A stretch of 64,000 nt of DNA from Lama guanicoe (lineage: Eukaryota). This document shows, piece by piece, positions 13,751 to 25,699 of the stretch. A model generated the notes under the pieces. That model was given only the letters and a program-made list of their open reading frames with translations, was not told the DNA's origin and did no database searches. The translations under genes were made by a program, and so were the position numbers. Each line of letters opens with the position of its first letter. The stretch's first letter is position 1. The stretch covers positions 20,056,897-20,120,896 of the forward strand of contig MU054187.1 in the NCBI GenBank assembly GCA_013239625.1. Reading direction: 5' to 3'.

Positions 13751-14779
13751 TCTTGCTGAATTGAAAGAGGTTGTTCTTTTCTACTGAAATTTTTTTTTCC
13801 TTCAGAACTATGGGCTAATGGAGGTCGGGTACATGAGTGTTCCTTATTTTATCTTGTCTTACTATTCACATATGATATTACATATTTTCTTTTGTATATA
13901 AATAACATTACACTTTTGAAAAATGCTTTCTATTGTAGTTAATATGACTGGCTCAAATTGGGACTTACCTTCTTATCTGAGATAATTCTGTTTTATCTGT
14001 ATGTCTTTGGAACCAAGGGCACTGACAGGTTTCGTCAGTTATGTTTGAAATGCAGACACCTTGGGAAGGTAGAGACGTTTTTCTCCAGATCAGAAGCAGA
14101 ATTTTTTTTTTTCTGACCAGGAATTTAAAGATAATGATTCCTTGTGGCAAAGGCTGGATAGTTTTAAAATTCTTTGAAAGATCAAGAGTTTCCTAATGTT
14201 GAGGTTCCTTAGCTAAGACAAAAACCCGTATGTATGTGATGGTCACCTTGACCTGCTTCTGCATTACCCCATGGGGGCTGGGCAGAGGGCAAGGGTATCC
14301 AGTGTAGACATGAAGTTAGTGTTGCTGGCTGCGGCATAAATAATGAGCTGTTTAAGACCATTTGGGCTTGTAGGCTCCTTTCCAGTCTGTTCTATGGAGC
14401 TGTGGCAAGCTGACCTAGCAGTTGTGGTTACTGCTGTTACGTGGGGACTTGACAACTTCGTGCTGAAAAGTTTAAAATCATGAATATCTATATATCTTTC
14501 AGTCACGTGAAAAACATTGAGAAGCTTACAGGCTGCCAACACATTATCAGACAAAATTTTAATGAAAGTAGACACTCAGAATCTTGTGCTGAGCAAAGGA
14601 ATTATTTTGCCAAACTTGGAGAATCTGAGTTTAAGTTTTTAGTCTGTAGTCAGGAAAGGGGAGAAGAGTGAGGAGGCAAAGCTGGTCTAGGTCGGCTGGA
14701 GGAGGGCATTCTTTGGTAGCAACCATAGAGCTGGAAGCACTAACACCAAGCGTGTGTGAAACAGCAGGAAATCGACATA

Positions 14780-16170
14780 AGAAAGTCCAACATATGTCTA
14801 CTTGGAGCTCTAGAAAGACAGGAAAGAGAAACATGAAACATTAAATAATGTTGGAATAAACAATACTTGGGATATTTCTGGAAATAAAGAAATACACCAA
14901 TCCACAGATTCTAGAAGCATCAATTAGTCCGACAACTTCCTGGTATCAGCAGTAGCAGCAGTAAGTCAAAGAATAATGGTACCTTCAATGTGCTGGTTCT
15001 GTCAATTAAGAGCTTTTTCAGGCTGTTATACTGTCTGTAAAGTAACAATTGTTATAAATTTCTAATTATTTAAATATTCTGTCTTCTTTATGTCTGGTGA
15101 TGATTTTTGCTTTACATGTATTTTGCATCATATTAACAGTCATGCCAGACAGCATTGTGTTATTGTTCACCTTTTTGCTTTTAATTCTCTGATTTCTAAT
15201 ATTTTAGGTATAATCATTTAAATAGTATACGATTGGAATTCATGGGGTTTTGCAGCTTTTTTAAGAAAAATTTCACTTGGAACATATATTCCATTCACAT
15301 TAAATTTAATTAAGACATATTTAGGTTTATCATCTTATTTCACATTTTTATTTTATTTCTCCTGTGTTTTTTCCATCTCTCAATGATTGCCTTTCAGTTT
15401 TTCTTTTTATTTATTTGAGTGGCTATTTCTTCTCACATTCTATTCTTTTTTCATTTCCTATGTAGACTATATGCCACCTATTCTATTCTTTAAGGGTAGT
15501 CTAGAAATTGCAACACACATATGTAATTTATCAACATTGAAAATTAATCAATAAACTTATTCTCTTCTAAGATTATACAAGGACCTCAGTTACTGCTTTT
15601 CCTCACATAAATAAAACATCGTTGATCGTTGTGTTTCTTTTAATTCTATTCTGGACCCTTTAACTTCACAAAACATTATTTGTTTTTAAGAGCTTAAAGA
15701 TCATTTAGATTTACTACATGTTTATCACTTATTTTATTATTCTTTCCTTCTCACAAGCTCCAGTGGTTCCCTTGGAATCACTTCTGCCTGAAATACATCT
15801 TTCAGGTTTGCCTTTAATGAGGATCTGTTGGTGGGAACATTTCTTCTGATTTTGGTTCATTTCAGATGTCATTTCTTTGCCGTCATTCTAGACATTGTTC
15901 TCTGACAATGTTGCTGAGCTTTCATATTCTAATTATTGTCTACACATTATCCCATGTTGTTATATAAATGATCAAATCACATGTACATAATGACGCTCTT
16001 TATGATTGTTTTCAACCTTCACACCTCTCATTACTGTTTAATTTGTTTTTATTACTATACTGAATAAAACCTCACTGCAATGTTGAAAACAAATGATCCC
16101 AATCAACCTATTTGTTTTCTTTTTTACTTAACAGAAATATTTCTTACAAATCACTGTAAAGTATGAGGAT
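14780..16170. mobile_element. Cluster of ancient L1M fragments (ORF1-like plus-strand piece, then minus-strand pieces)
   Basis: aagtccaacatatgtctacttggagctctagaaag and accaatccacagattctagaagc resemble L1 ORF1; T-rich antisense L1M-like tract follows. Confidence 0.5.
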
Positions 16171-16264
16171 TTTTGGAGGGATCTGGGAAAGTCCTAGACC
16201 TTTCTGTTAAAAAATACCGCCTTGAAAGACTATGTCTTAATATATTTTTAAAGAAAAGAAGCAA

Positions 16265-16402
16265 TAATTTATGGGAGGAAGTCATCATGCCCTTTGGAAA
16301 TATGATGAAATATGTGGATGTTCTCCACAGAAGTAAAATGGACTTTTAGGGGTTCATGGATCTGTTAAATATTCTCTATTGACTCAAAGTTAAGGCCCTT
16401 CG
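16265..16402. mobile_element. MER117-like hAT-Charlie relic
   Basis: ccctttggaaatatgatgaaatatgtggatgttctccacagaa...ggggttcatgga...gttaaggccc. Confidence 0.4.
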
Positions 16403-17350
16403 ATCTCAATATTATTTATTGAAAGCTAACAAATATTTACTCAATACCCATCATGACAATGGCTGTGAAATGTACTGTGTGCACAGAAAAGAGCCATCAA
16501 CACCCATACACTTTAGATGCTGTTGGTGTAAAATAGTTGAATGTAGATGTTAAAATACACATCTGTTGATGAGGATATACGAATTCTTATCTTCACTTCT
16601 TTCTTTGAGTATTTTAGTGACAGTGCATGGTCTAATTTCAAACACCATTTTATTACTAAAAGTTCCTGATATCAAAATAAACGCTAGTCTGGACAAATGA
16701 GAATGAATTCGTGTAACAAGAAGTTAAGATACTCTCCCTAGCCTCTCTAGTCCCCTTCGTGTTTTTCTTTTCTGAATTTCACCTGTCATCACATTGCACT
16801 GGTACATAACACCAGCTTGTAGTGGGACAGGCTTTATTTTGGTTCAGCCAGCGTATTGGTACTCACAGCTTTTTTTCATTAGTGATTTTGCAAAAATGTC
16901 TACAGGTTATTTTGCTCAAAAGGAATAACAGATCCCGTAGGCTTTTCAGAAGAACCTTTTTCTGGCTTTGCTTTCTAAAACATCGATGACAACTTGAAAA
17001 TAAATAAAAAGATAAAATGCTTCAGTTGAACTGATTGTAGTGATGGACGAGGCGTGTACTTGAGGGAAGTATGGCTGCAGGCTGGCTGCACTGAAGACAG
17101 ATTTAAAGTCTGGAACTTTATCTTACCTGCGGAGCGTGTTACCTCTCGGCGTGAAGAGTCCATGATTATTTTCACTGGACCTCTCGGCTGCTTCTCAGGC
17201 CTCCTGCACATCTCACCAGTTTATACACACTCAGAGGAGGCATTCTGCCTGTGGCTGGATTAACCTCACTTTTTCTTGGATCTTTAGAAGGAGGATGCCA
17301 AATTGGTCGAAGCTTCCTTGGGTATATTTCTATTCCATCAGTGTTTTGAA

Positions 17351-17487
17351 ATGAAATTGCTTACACCTGTTTCTAAGGAAGTTTCAGGATGAAGTTTTCA
17401 TTTCAAATGATTAGGAAATGCAGTGTCTTCCTCACTAACAATGAATGCTAAAAATCATACATAGATTTACCTCTTTAAACTAAGTTT
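17351..17487 (+). repeat. Copy 1 of a diverged local direct duplication (partner 18345-18468)
   Basis: Core atgcagtgtc....tcactaacaat.aatgctaaaaat.atacat is 41/45 identical between copies; flanks atgaaatt..ttacacctgttt and taagttt are shared. Confidence 0.85.
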
Positions 17488-18344
17488 AGGGGCAAAGTAT
17501 GGTAATTTGCGTATCTCTGCTTATCAACTGATACTTGATTTTCATGTTTGAGACAGTAAAAGATTTGTGGAAAGAACAACTATAATCACAAAATAATAAA
17601 AGGGCCTCTATTACTACTGAAATTTGGGGTAGCTCATCAGTAGACTAATGCTCTATGTGTGATCTTGGATATAATTATGTTAAGTGTCAATCAGTTTCTT
17701 ACTCAGAATTGGTAGAATTAACTATCAGTCAAAGTAAAAAGGAATCCATTCCAAAGTCTAGTTCTGAGTTATTCCTCTATTAAGTATTTAATATTCATAT
17801 AAACTGTTGGATCATTAGTTCATGCCCAGTCTTGAACTTGATCTAAGACTTAAAGCCTTGATCTTTTGTTTCATGAATATTTAATTGGACTGAACTCTTC
17901 CTTTTACAGTGCGGGTGAGAGTGAAACATTCTTTATTGCTAAAGTTACCAGTTGTGCTTGGCATTTTAATTTACTTTCTTAAACTTTTTAACCGGGAACC
18001 ATTTCAATTCCAATGAATGTACTTTATCACACTTTTTCAGATGATTACATTTTCTCTTTGAAGTTTTTTTTTTTTTCTTTTTAATTCTTCTGAAGCTAGA
18101 GAATATTTCTCATCTGGTTCTAGCTTACCAAATACGACATTGAGGTCATACAGAAATCAATCTTTTATGATTTGGGGATTTGGGTTGGTAGATGACTAAC
18201 TAGAGTTCAAAGGACGTTTCATCCTTTTACTGGAAATTATCAAATGTGATCACTTTCATTTCTCTAACTGATTAGTGGTATATTCTTATAAGTCATTCAG
18301 CGTATTAATGTACATTACTTGTATCTTGGAGAATAGTTATGGTT

Positions 18345-18468
18345 ATGAAATTATTTACACCTGTTTTAAGGGATTTTCATTTCCTATGATTAATATATGC
18401 AGTGTCGTTCTCACTAACAATTAATGCTAAAAATAATACATTAAAAACCACCCTTGTAAAATAAGTTT
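18345..18468 (+). repeat. Copy 2 of the diverged local direct duplication
   Basis: Aligns by eye to 17351-17487 at an offset of about 0.98-0.99 kb. Confidence 0.85.
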
Positions 18469-18996
18469 GCAGTAAGTCTGGGGCCCAAACTTTGGACCCA
18501 AATGTTATCTATTCCCAAAATATTGTCTAATTTCATATACATTGATGTGAATTACAAAGAACTACATTAAAGTTATTTATTACAAATTAATCATTATTAT
18601 TAATATAATTTAATCATGATGCTATGGATTTTAAAAATATTTTTGACTTCGAAAGCATTTTCTTTTTCTCATTTTATTCTCATCAAAGACTGATGAGTAA
18701 ATGATGTTCCCATTTGTTTATTAAGTAATATAATCAGGATGAAAGAATGGGTTTTCTGAAACCCAGTCTGGCCATCTTTCAGCTATATTGCTGTTACATA
18801 AATTTCAGTGTTTCATACAAATGTTAAGAAAATCACTGCCTATATTCAGAACTTTATGTCAGATACTTCTATACTCTCTTTAACATAGACTTTATCCAAG
18901 TATTACAGTTTCCAAAATCGTGATCATTAGCTGGAACTGAACCTGGAAATATCCTTTGTTTTTTTCATGCACTGTTTAATATTTTAAAATGGGAAA

Positions 18997-19947
18997 AAAA
19001 CTCAAAATGGATCAAAGACTTAAACATAAGACAAGATACAATAAATCTCCTAGAAGAAAATATAGGCAAAACATTATCTGACATACACCTCAAAAATGTT
19101 CTCCTAGGACAGTCCACCCAAGCAATAGTAATAAAAGCAAGAATAAACAAATGGGACCTAGTGAAACTTACAAGCTTCTGCACAGCAAAGGAAACCAGAA
19201 GTAAAACAAAACGACAGACTACGGAATGGGAGAAATTTTTTGCAAATGAAACCAACAAAGGCTTGATCTCCAGAATATGTAAGCAGCTTATAAAACTTAA
19301 TAAGAAAAAAACAAACAACCCAATCCAAAAATGGGCAGAAGACCTAAGCAAGCAATTCTCCAAGGAAGACATACAAATGATCAATAGGCACATGAAAAAA
19401 TGCTCAGTATCACTAATTATCAGAGAAATGCAAATCAAAACTACAATGAGTTATCACCTCACACCAGTCAGAATGGCCAGCATTCAAAAGTCCACAAATG
19501 ACAAATGCTGGAGAGGCTGTGGAGAAAAGGGAACCCTCCTACACTGCTGGTGGGAATGCAGGTTGGTGCAGCCACTGTGGAAAACATTATGGAGATTCCT
19601 CCAAAGACTAGGAATACACTTATCATATGACCCAGGAATCCCACTTCTGGGCATATATCAGAAGAAGCCCTACTTTAAAATGACACTTGCACCCCAATGT
19701 TCATAGTAGCATTATTTACAATAGCCAAGACATGGAAACAGCCTGAATGTCCGTCAACGGATGACTGGATAAAGAAGAAGAGGTATATTTATACAATGGA
19801 ATACTATTCAGCCATAAAAACTGACAACATAACGCCATTTGTAGCAACATGGATGTTCCTGGAGAATGTCATTCTAAGTGAAGTAAGCCAGAAAGAGAAA
19901 GAAAAATACTATATGAGATTGTTCATATGTGGAATCTAAAAAGAATC

Positions 19948-19978
<31 letters not shown>

Positions 19979-20273
19979 ACAAAACAGAAACAGACTCATA
20001 GACATAGAATACAAACTTGTGGTTGCCAAGAGGGTGAGGGGTGGTAAGGACAGACTGGGATTTGAAAATGTAGAATAGATAAACAAGATTATACTATATA
20101 GCACAGGGAAATATATACAAGATCTTGTGGTAGCTCACAGAGAAAAAAATGTGACAATGAATATATGTATGTTCAGGTATAACTGAAAAATTGTGCTCTA
20201 ACCTGGAATTTGACACAACATTGTAAAATGACTATTACTCAGTAAGAAATGTTAAAAATAAAATAAAATAAAA
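18997..20273 (+). mobile_element. Relatively young 5'-truncated L1 (ORF2 C-terminus, 3'UTR, A-rich tail)
   Basis: ORF2-like translations, (AAAT)n tract, 3'UTR close to that of 63189-63454, aaaataaaataaaataaaa tail. Confidence 0.95.
19001..19900 (+). pseudogene. L1 ORF2p C-terminal region, frameshifted and non-functional
   Basis: ORF 19161-19706 contains the cysteine-rich motif [29 protein letters not shown] 19697-19939 continues [20 protein letters not shown] in another frame. Confidence 0.92.
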
Positions 20274-20689
20274 CAGGGGAAAAAATCTGGATTCCCAGCT
20301 TCTTTTGAAAAGTGGGAATACCGGGCAAGAAAGATTCCAAGTCTGTGTGAAAGTCATCAAATAGTGCTGAAGAGTTGCTGTCTCCTTGACATAAGATATT
20401 CTATTTTCAGTAACCCAACCCTTTGTGTTTTCCTGACACTGAAACACAATGTCATAGGAAGAACTAGGAACAAAATATGATGACACTATATTACCAGAAT
20501 TTTTTTCATGAGGCTCACTTTTCTCTTTTGTGTATAAGTCCTGGCTACTTTTAGGCTATTGATATGTGATCTGTTTTGAGTTGCTTAATACTACCTTCAG
20601 GTTGTTTATATTGAGATTTTTTTAAAATTTTGAATTCTTATTTAAGCATCTCATCACTTCTACATTCCTTAAATGATGGTGTTCCTATG

Positions 20690-21090
20690 TGGAAAAGCAG
20701 ATAGGACTGCATTGTGAAAGGCCTTCTTCTCATCCCACAAAATCTTTCCAGGAGGCTTCTAAGCTCAACTTTGCAGTGAAAAGTCTTACATGTCTATCTC
20801 TAGACCATCTTTCTCTTTATTTTCTTTGATATTTAGGCTTCCGTATCTCACTTCTATTGCACATCACCATTTGAGTTCAGTGTAGATATCTCTCGTTCAA
20901 CTGAATTTTTCATGCTGTTACCAAGATTTGATCTTTCTTCTATATCCTCAACACAGATTAGAACAAATCTGTGGTTACCAAAAAAATAGAAACATTGACA
21001 TTTTCTCTCATTCTCTTTCTCAATTCCTCAGACCTAAAAAGTAACCAACTGATGTTCATTCGACCTCTGAAATTCACCTTTGACTTAAAA
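20690..21090 (+). mobile_element. Highly diverged L2 fragment
   Basis: Pyrimidine-rich L2-like motifs (atgtctatctctagacc, ttctctcattctctttctc...gatgttcattcgacctctgaaatt). Confidence 0.4.
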
Positions 21091-21289
21091 TTTTTGATTT
21101 AAAAAAGAACTTACTAACTATATATGTACTAGAAACATACAATGAATATAATTCAAAAAATTTTTTCTCTACTTCCAACTATTCTTAATTATGCCTATGA
21201 ACAAAAAACTGCAATTTAATGGGGCATAAAAATGATTAAAGTTATACAGATGATGTCACTGGACTCATAAAAATATCACCTAGGTTATA

Positions 21290-21880
21290 TCAAGGGGACC
21301 GGTATGGGAGATGGTGGTGTTGCTTCAACTGAACCATGCATGCTTCAATTGAGTTAGCCAATGATGCATTTAGGGGGTGGGAATTCCATATAAAAAGGAT
21401 AAGCTGGAGAGATAAAAGGACGGGGTATATGTAGGAAAATTTATAAGCAGCATGGTTTGCTTGAGGATAAAGTTTAAGGTAGGAAGTATGGTAGCTAAGT
21501 TGGAGAAAGAGGAATTGCATTATGAAAGGCCTTGACTGACTTAGACTCTATCATCTCAGGAGAGGATTTGAAGCCACTTAGGCAAAGAGTAATAAAGTCT
21601 GAGATACAATTTAATAAAAATATGGTTGAGTATTTCTACTTGGTACAAACACCTGGGTGGAAGGAGTCCATGAGGGAGATAATGCAATGGTTTATGAAAA
21701 TAAATTTTGAGGGAGTGAAATCAGGTAGTTATAACAAAGACAGAAGATTTGATTTGGCAAATATTTAGGAGTTAAAATCTGGTGATGAAATCAAATGTAG
21801 GGATGGGACAAAGAGATGAAGAATAATTGTTTAGTTTTCTAGCTTGGTGATTGAATAGTTGGTGGTGTGATCAACAATAG
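21290..21880 (-). mobile_element. Diverged L2 fragment
   Basis: tgaaaggccttgactgacttagactctatc...gatttggcaaat...agttttctagcttggtgattgaatagttggtggtg. Confidence 0.5.
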
Positions 21881-22214
21881 CAACAAATACATATTGAACT
21901 GGAAAGACGTTCGTGGTAACTGAAAGAGTCAAGTTGTTGTGTTATATCTGGAGTATGATTCTATTTTTTACGAAACATAAAAATAATAAAATTGCCATAG
22001 GTGTTCACAAGTATTAACATTATTCTCGCAAAATTGTGTAAGTGGGAAGTTGTAAGTACAGACGCTGATTGGGGTTATTCATATTGGACCAGTTGGGTGG
22101 GATGAGTTTAAGAGATTTACATGCTATATACATGCTCAGGCCCTGCCATAAATATATGAGGTAATTTTCCACGGAACCAAATACATATTTTTTTCACTCC
22201 TATTGGTAAAATCA

Positions 22215-22430
22215 GCTGTAATAATAATTGTGGTAAAATAATAGCCAATCTGCTTACCATGTGCAGCTACTATGGCAGCTTTGTTATATTTTTTCTGATT
22301 CTCACAGCAACCATAGAACATTTTATAGGTTCAGAAACTAAGGCTTAGAGTGGCTAAGTGTAAGATGTCAAATTTACACATTGGTGCTGAAATTCAAAGC
22401 CAGTTCAGTCTGAACTCTGAAACACTACCA
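22215..22430 (-). mobile_element. MIR
   Basis: cttaccatgtgc...attctcacagcaacc...gaaactaaggcttagagtggctaagtg...attcaaagccagttcagtctgaactc. Confidence 0.7.
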
Positions 22431-22886
22431 TATATATATAGCCCAGTTTGCTAATGGCCTCTATGGCACAGTTAATCATCGATAGTGAAGAACTGACAAA
22501 AATTGTTTAAAGTCCCTTTCAGAATTTTTTTGTTTTGTTTTAGTCATAAATAATATTAGAATAAGCGATCTTAGTGCCAACTTTCAATGAGGAGTTTATG
22601 GTGACACTTGACAAATGACAAGGTGAATTTTGGAACATATGGTAGAGTTGGAAAATATATGCAGTAAGGCTAAGAAGGATATTAAGCACTGAGGCCTAAC
22701 TGACCCCTCGGGGAAAGAAAATAAATATTTGCATAGCATAAGCAAATGAGGTAAATACAAAAACAAACACAAAATTCCTTTATTAAAAGAGTCAACAACT
22801 TAAAAAGTGAACACAAAATCAAAACACAGTTCAAAACAATCATTACAAAAAAGATTTTAATATTAATGGATTATTATCTAGATAGC

Positions 22887-24297
22887 ATGACACCTCATTG
22901 TAGTTTTGACTTGCATTTCTCTGATAACTAGCGATACTGAGTATTTTTCAGTGTCTATTGGCCGTTTGTATGTTTTCACTCAAGAATTGCTTCTTTAGGT
23001 CTTCTGCTTACTTTGGATTGGGTTGGTTTTTTGTTTGTTTTTGTTATTAAGTTGTATGAGCTGTTTATATACTCTGGAAATTAAACCTTTGTCGGTCACA
23101 TCATTTACGAATACTTTCTCCTATTCCATAGGTTGTCGATTTGTTTTGCTTATGATTTCCTTTGCTGCACAAAAGCTTGTAAATTTCATTAGGTCCCATT
23201 TGCTTATTTTTGCTTTTATTTCTATGGCCTGGGTAGACTGCCCTAGAAGAGCATTGTTAAAATTTATGTCAGAGAATGTTTTGCCTGTTTTTTTCTTCTA
23301 AGAGATTTATTATAGTGTCTGCTCTTATATTTAAGTCTTTAAGCCATTTTGAGTTTATTTTTGTGTTTGGTGTATGGCAGTGTTCCAAATACATTGATTT
23401 ACATGTGGCTGTCCAGTTTTCCCAAGACCACTAGCTGAAGAGACTGTCTTTTTGTGTATTCTTGCCTACTTTGTTGACGTTTAATTGACCATAGAATCTG
23501 TGGCAATGAGGTATCATCTCACACCAGTCAGAATAACCATCATTAGAAAGTCCACAAATGATAAATCCTGGAGAGGGTGTGGAGAAAAGGGAGCCTTCCT
23601 CCATTGCTGGTGGGAGTGTAATTTGGTGCAGCCACATGGAAAACAGTATGGAGCTTCCTTAAAAAATTAAAAACAGAGTTACTATATGATCCAACAATCC
23701 CACTCTTGGGCAAGGTTCTAGTTTGAAAAGACATATGCATCCCAATATTTATTGTGGCACTATTTACAATAGCCAAGTCTTGGAAGCAACCTAAATGTCT
23801 ATAAATAGATGAGTGGATAAAGAAGATGTGTATATATATTACAATGGAATATTACATAAAAAAGAATGAAATAATGCTATCTGCCACAACATGGATAGAC
23901 CTAGGGATTATCATATTAAGTGAAGTCAGACAGAGAAACAAAAATATCATATGATATCACTTGTATGTGGAATCTGAAAGATAATAAAATTAGCTTATTT
24001 ACAAAACAGAAACAGACTCACAGGCATAGAGAACAAATTTATGGTTACCAAAGGGGAAGGGAATAGGGATAAATTAGGGGTACAGGATTAAAAGATACAC
24101 ATTACCATATATAAAATAGATAAACAATAAAGATTTACAGTATAACACAGGGAAATATATTTAATATCTTATGATAACCTATGATGGAAAAGAATCAATA
24201 AAAAGAATATGTTTAAATGTATGACCGAATCACTTTGCTGTACACCTGAGACTAACAATATTATAAATCACCTATAAATAAAAGGAAAAAGAAAAAA
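22887..24297 (+). mobile_element. L1 with twin-priming 5' inversion (inverted 22887-23503; sense 23504-24297)
   Basis: Antisense ORF2 segment joined to sense MRYHLTPVR...[22 protein letters not shown], then 3'UTR and A tail. Confidence 0.92.
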
Positions 24298-25055
24298 GCT
24301 ATCTTTATGGAAATGTAGAAATAAAAGGAAGGAAAATACAAAAATGATTGTAAGAGATGTATAGATTATGGTAAAAAAGCATTAATATAATTTTAATTGA
24401 ATCTTGGAAGAAGAGAGGAAGAATTGACAAAAGCTGTATTTGAGTTCCTTCTAGTCAATTTTCCAAAACTGAAGAGAGACATAAACAACGCAGGTTTAAG
24501 AAGCTCTAGGAATTCAAAATACTTAGGCATATCTTAATGAATCTGTTAAATATCAAATATAAATTATACTCAAAGTAGTCAGATTTATTATCATCAAATG
24601 GTTAACATTAAGACTGAGCACCAACCTTCTGAGGACACTATGTTTGCAAGTCAGGAAGCAATAGCATGCTAATTTTATTGTGCTAAAGGGAACAGCTTCC
24701 AGCATAGAATTCTGTAACCAGCAGCAATTTCTTTAGAAATGAAGGCGAAATAAAAATATCTCAGACAAACAAAAATAAGATTTCATAGCTAGCAGATGTG
24801 CACTTTGTGAAATACAAAAGGAGTTTTATAGGGAGAAGGAAAATGATCCCAGATGAAAACACAAGAATTGAAGAAGAAATTACAAACAATGGGAAAGATA
24901 AATAGATGGGTAAATATAAATGAATACTGGCTGTAAAAAACATAATACCATCTGTTGATTTAAGACATGTAGAATTAACATTGTTAACTGACTATACTTC
25001 AATAAAAAATAAATAATAATAAAATCTATGTAGAATTAAAAATACATGACCACAA
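24298..25055 (+). mobile_element. Ancient L1M ORF1/inter-ORF remnant (probably continuing from ~22700-22886)
   Basis: ttttccaaaactgaagagagac, tagaattctgtaaccagcagcaatttctttagaaatgaaggcgaaataaa, gaaggaaaatgatcccagatgaaaac. Confidence 0.6.
24979..25027 (+). mobile_element. Ultra-short L1 3'-terminal insertion
   Basis: cattgttaactgactatacttcaataaaaaat... flanked by TSD ATGTAGAATTAA at 24967-24978 and 25028-25039. Confidence 0.8.
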
Positions 25056-25057
25056 TA

Positions 25058-25699
25058 ATGCACATCCATGTTCACTGTCGCATTACTCATGATGGCCAGA
25101 ACACTGATGCAACATTAATGCCCACCAGCAAAAGAATGGATAAAGCAAATACAATATATACATGCAATGAAATATTATTCAGCCTTAAAAAGGGCATTCT
25201 TCCATTGGTGGCAACATGGTTGAACCTCGAGGACCTAATAACTAAGTGAAATAAGCCATTTCAGAAGGACAAATACTGCACGTACCCCTTAGATGAGGAG
25301 TCTAAAATAGTCAAACTCAGAACCAGAGAATAGATAGGCAGTTGCCAGAAGATGCAAGGTGGAAATAGGGGAAGATATTAACCAAAGCACTAAGTGTCAG
25401 TTATACAAGATGAATAAGACCTAGAGACCCTGAGTACAGGACAGTGTCTGTAGTTAATAATACTGTATTGTATACTGAGAAATTTGTTAAGGGGGTAGAT
25501 CTTAAATGTAGGTATCATAAATAATAGTAATAAATACAGAGGACAGTAGGAAGCTGCAGGGGGGTGATGGCTATGTCATGGCATAGATTGTGGTGATGGC
25601 TTCATTGGTGCATACTTGTCTCCAAACTGATCAAGTCATATACATTAAATATTTACAGTACTGTGTATGTACTTCACTAAAGCAGTTGTAAAAAAAGAA
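25058..25699 (+). mobile_element. L1MA/L1MB-class 3' end
   Basis: gaatggataaagc...aatgaaatattattcagccttaaaaa...agtgaaataagcca...gattgtggtgatgg...A tail. Confidence 0.8.

Noticed and set aside
19161..19939. Longest ORFs (181 aa and 80 aa) as a host gene
   Set aside because: They are frameshifted L1 ORF2p C-terminal fragments of a 5'-truncated element; the overlapping minus-strand 157-aa ORF is antisense L1.
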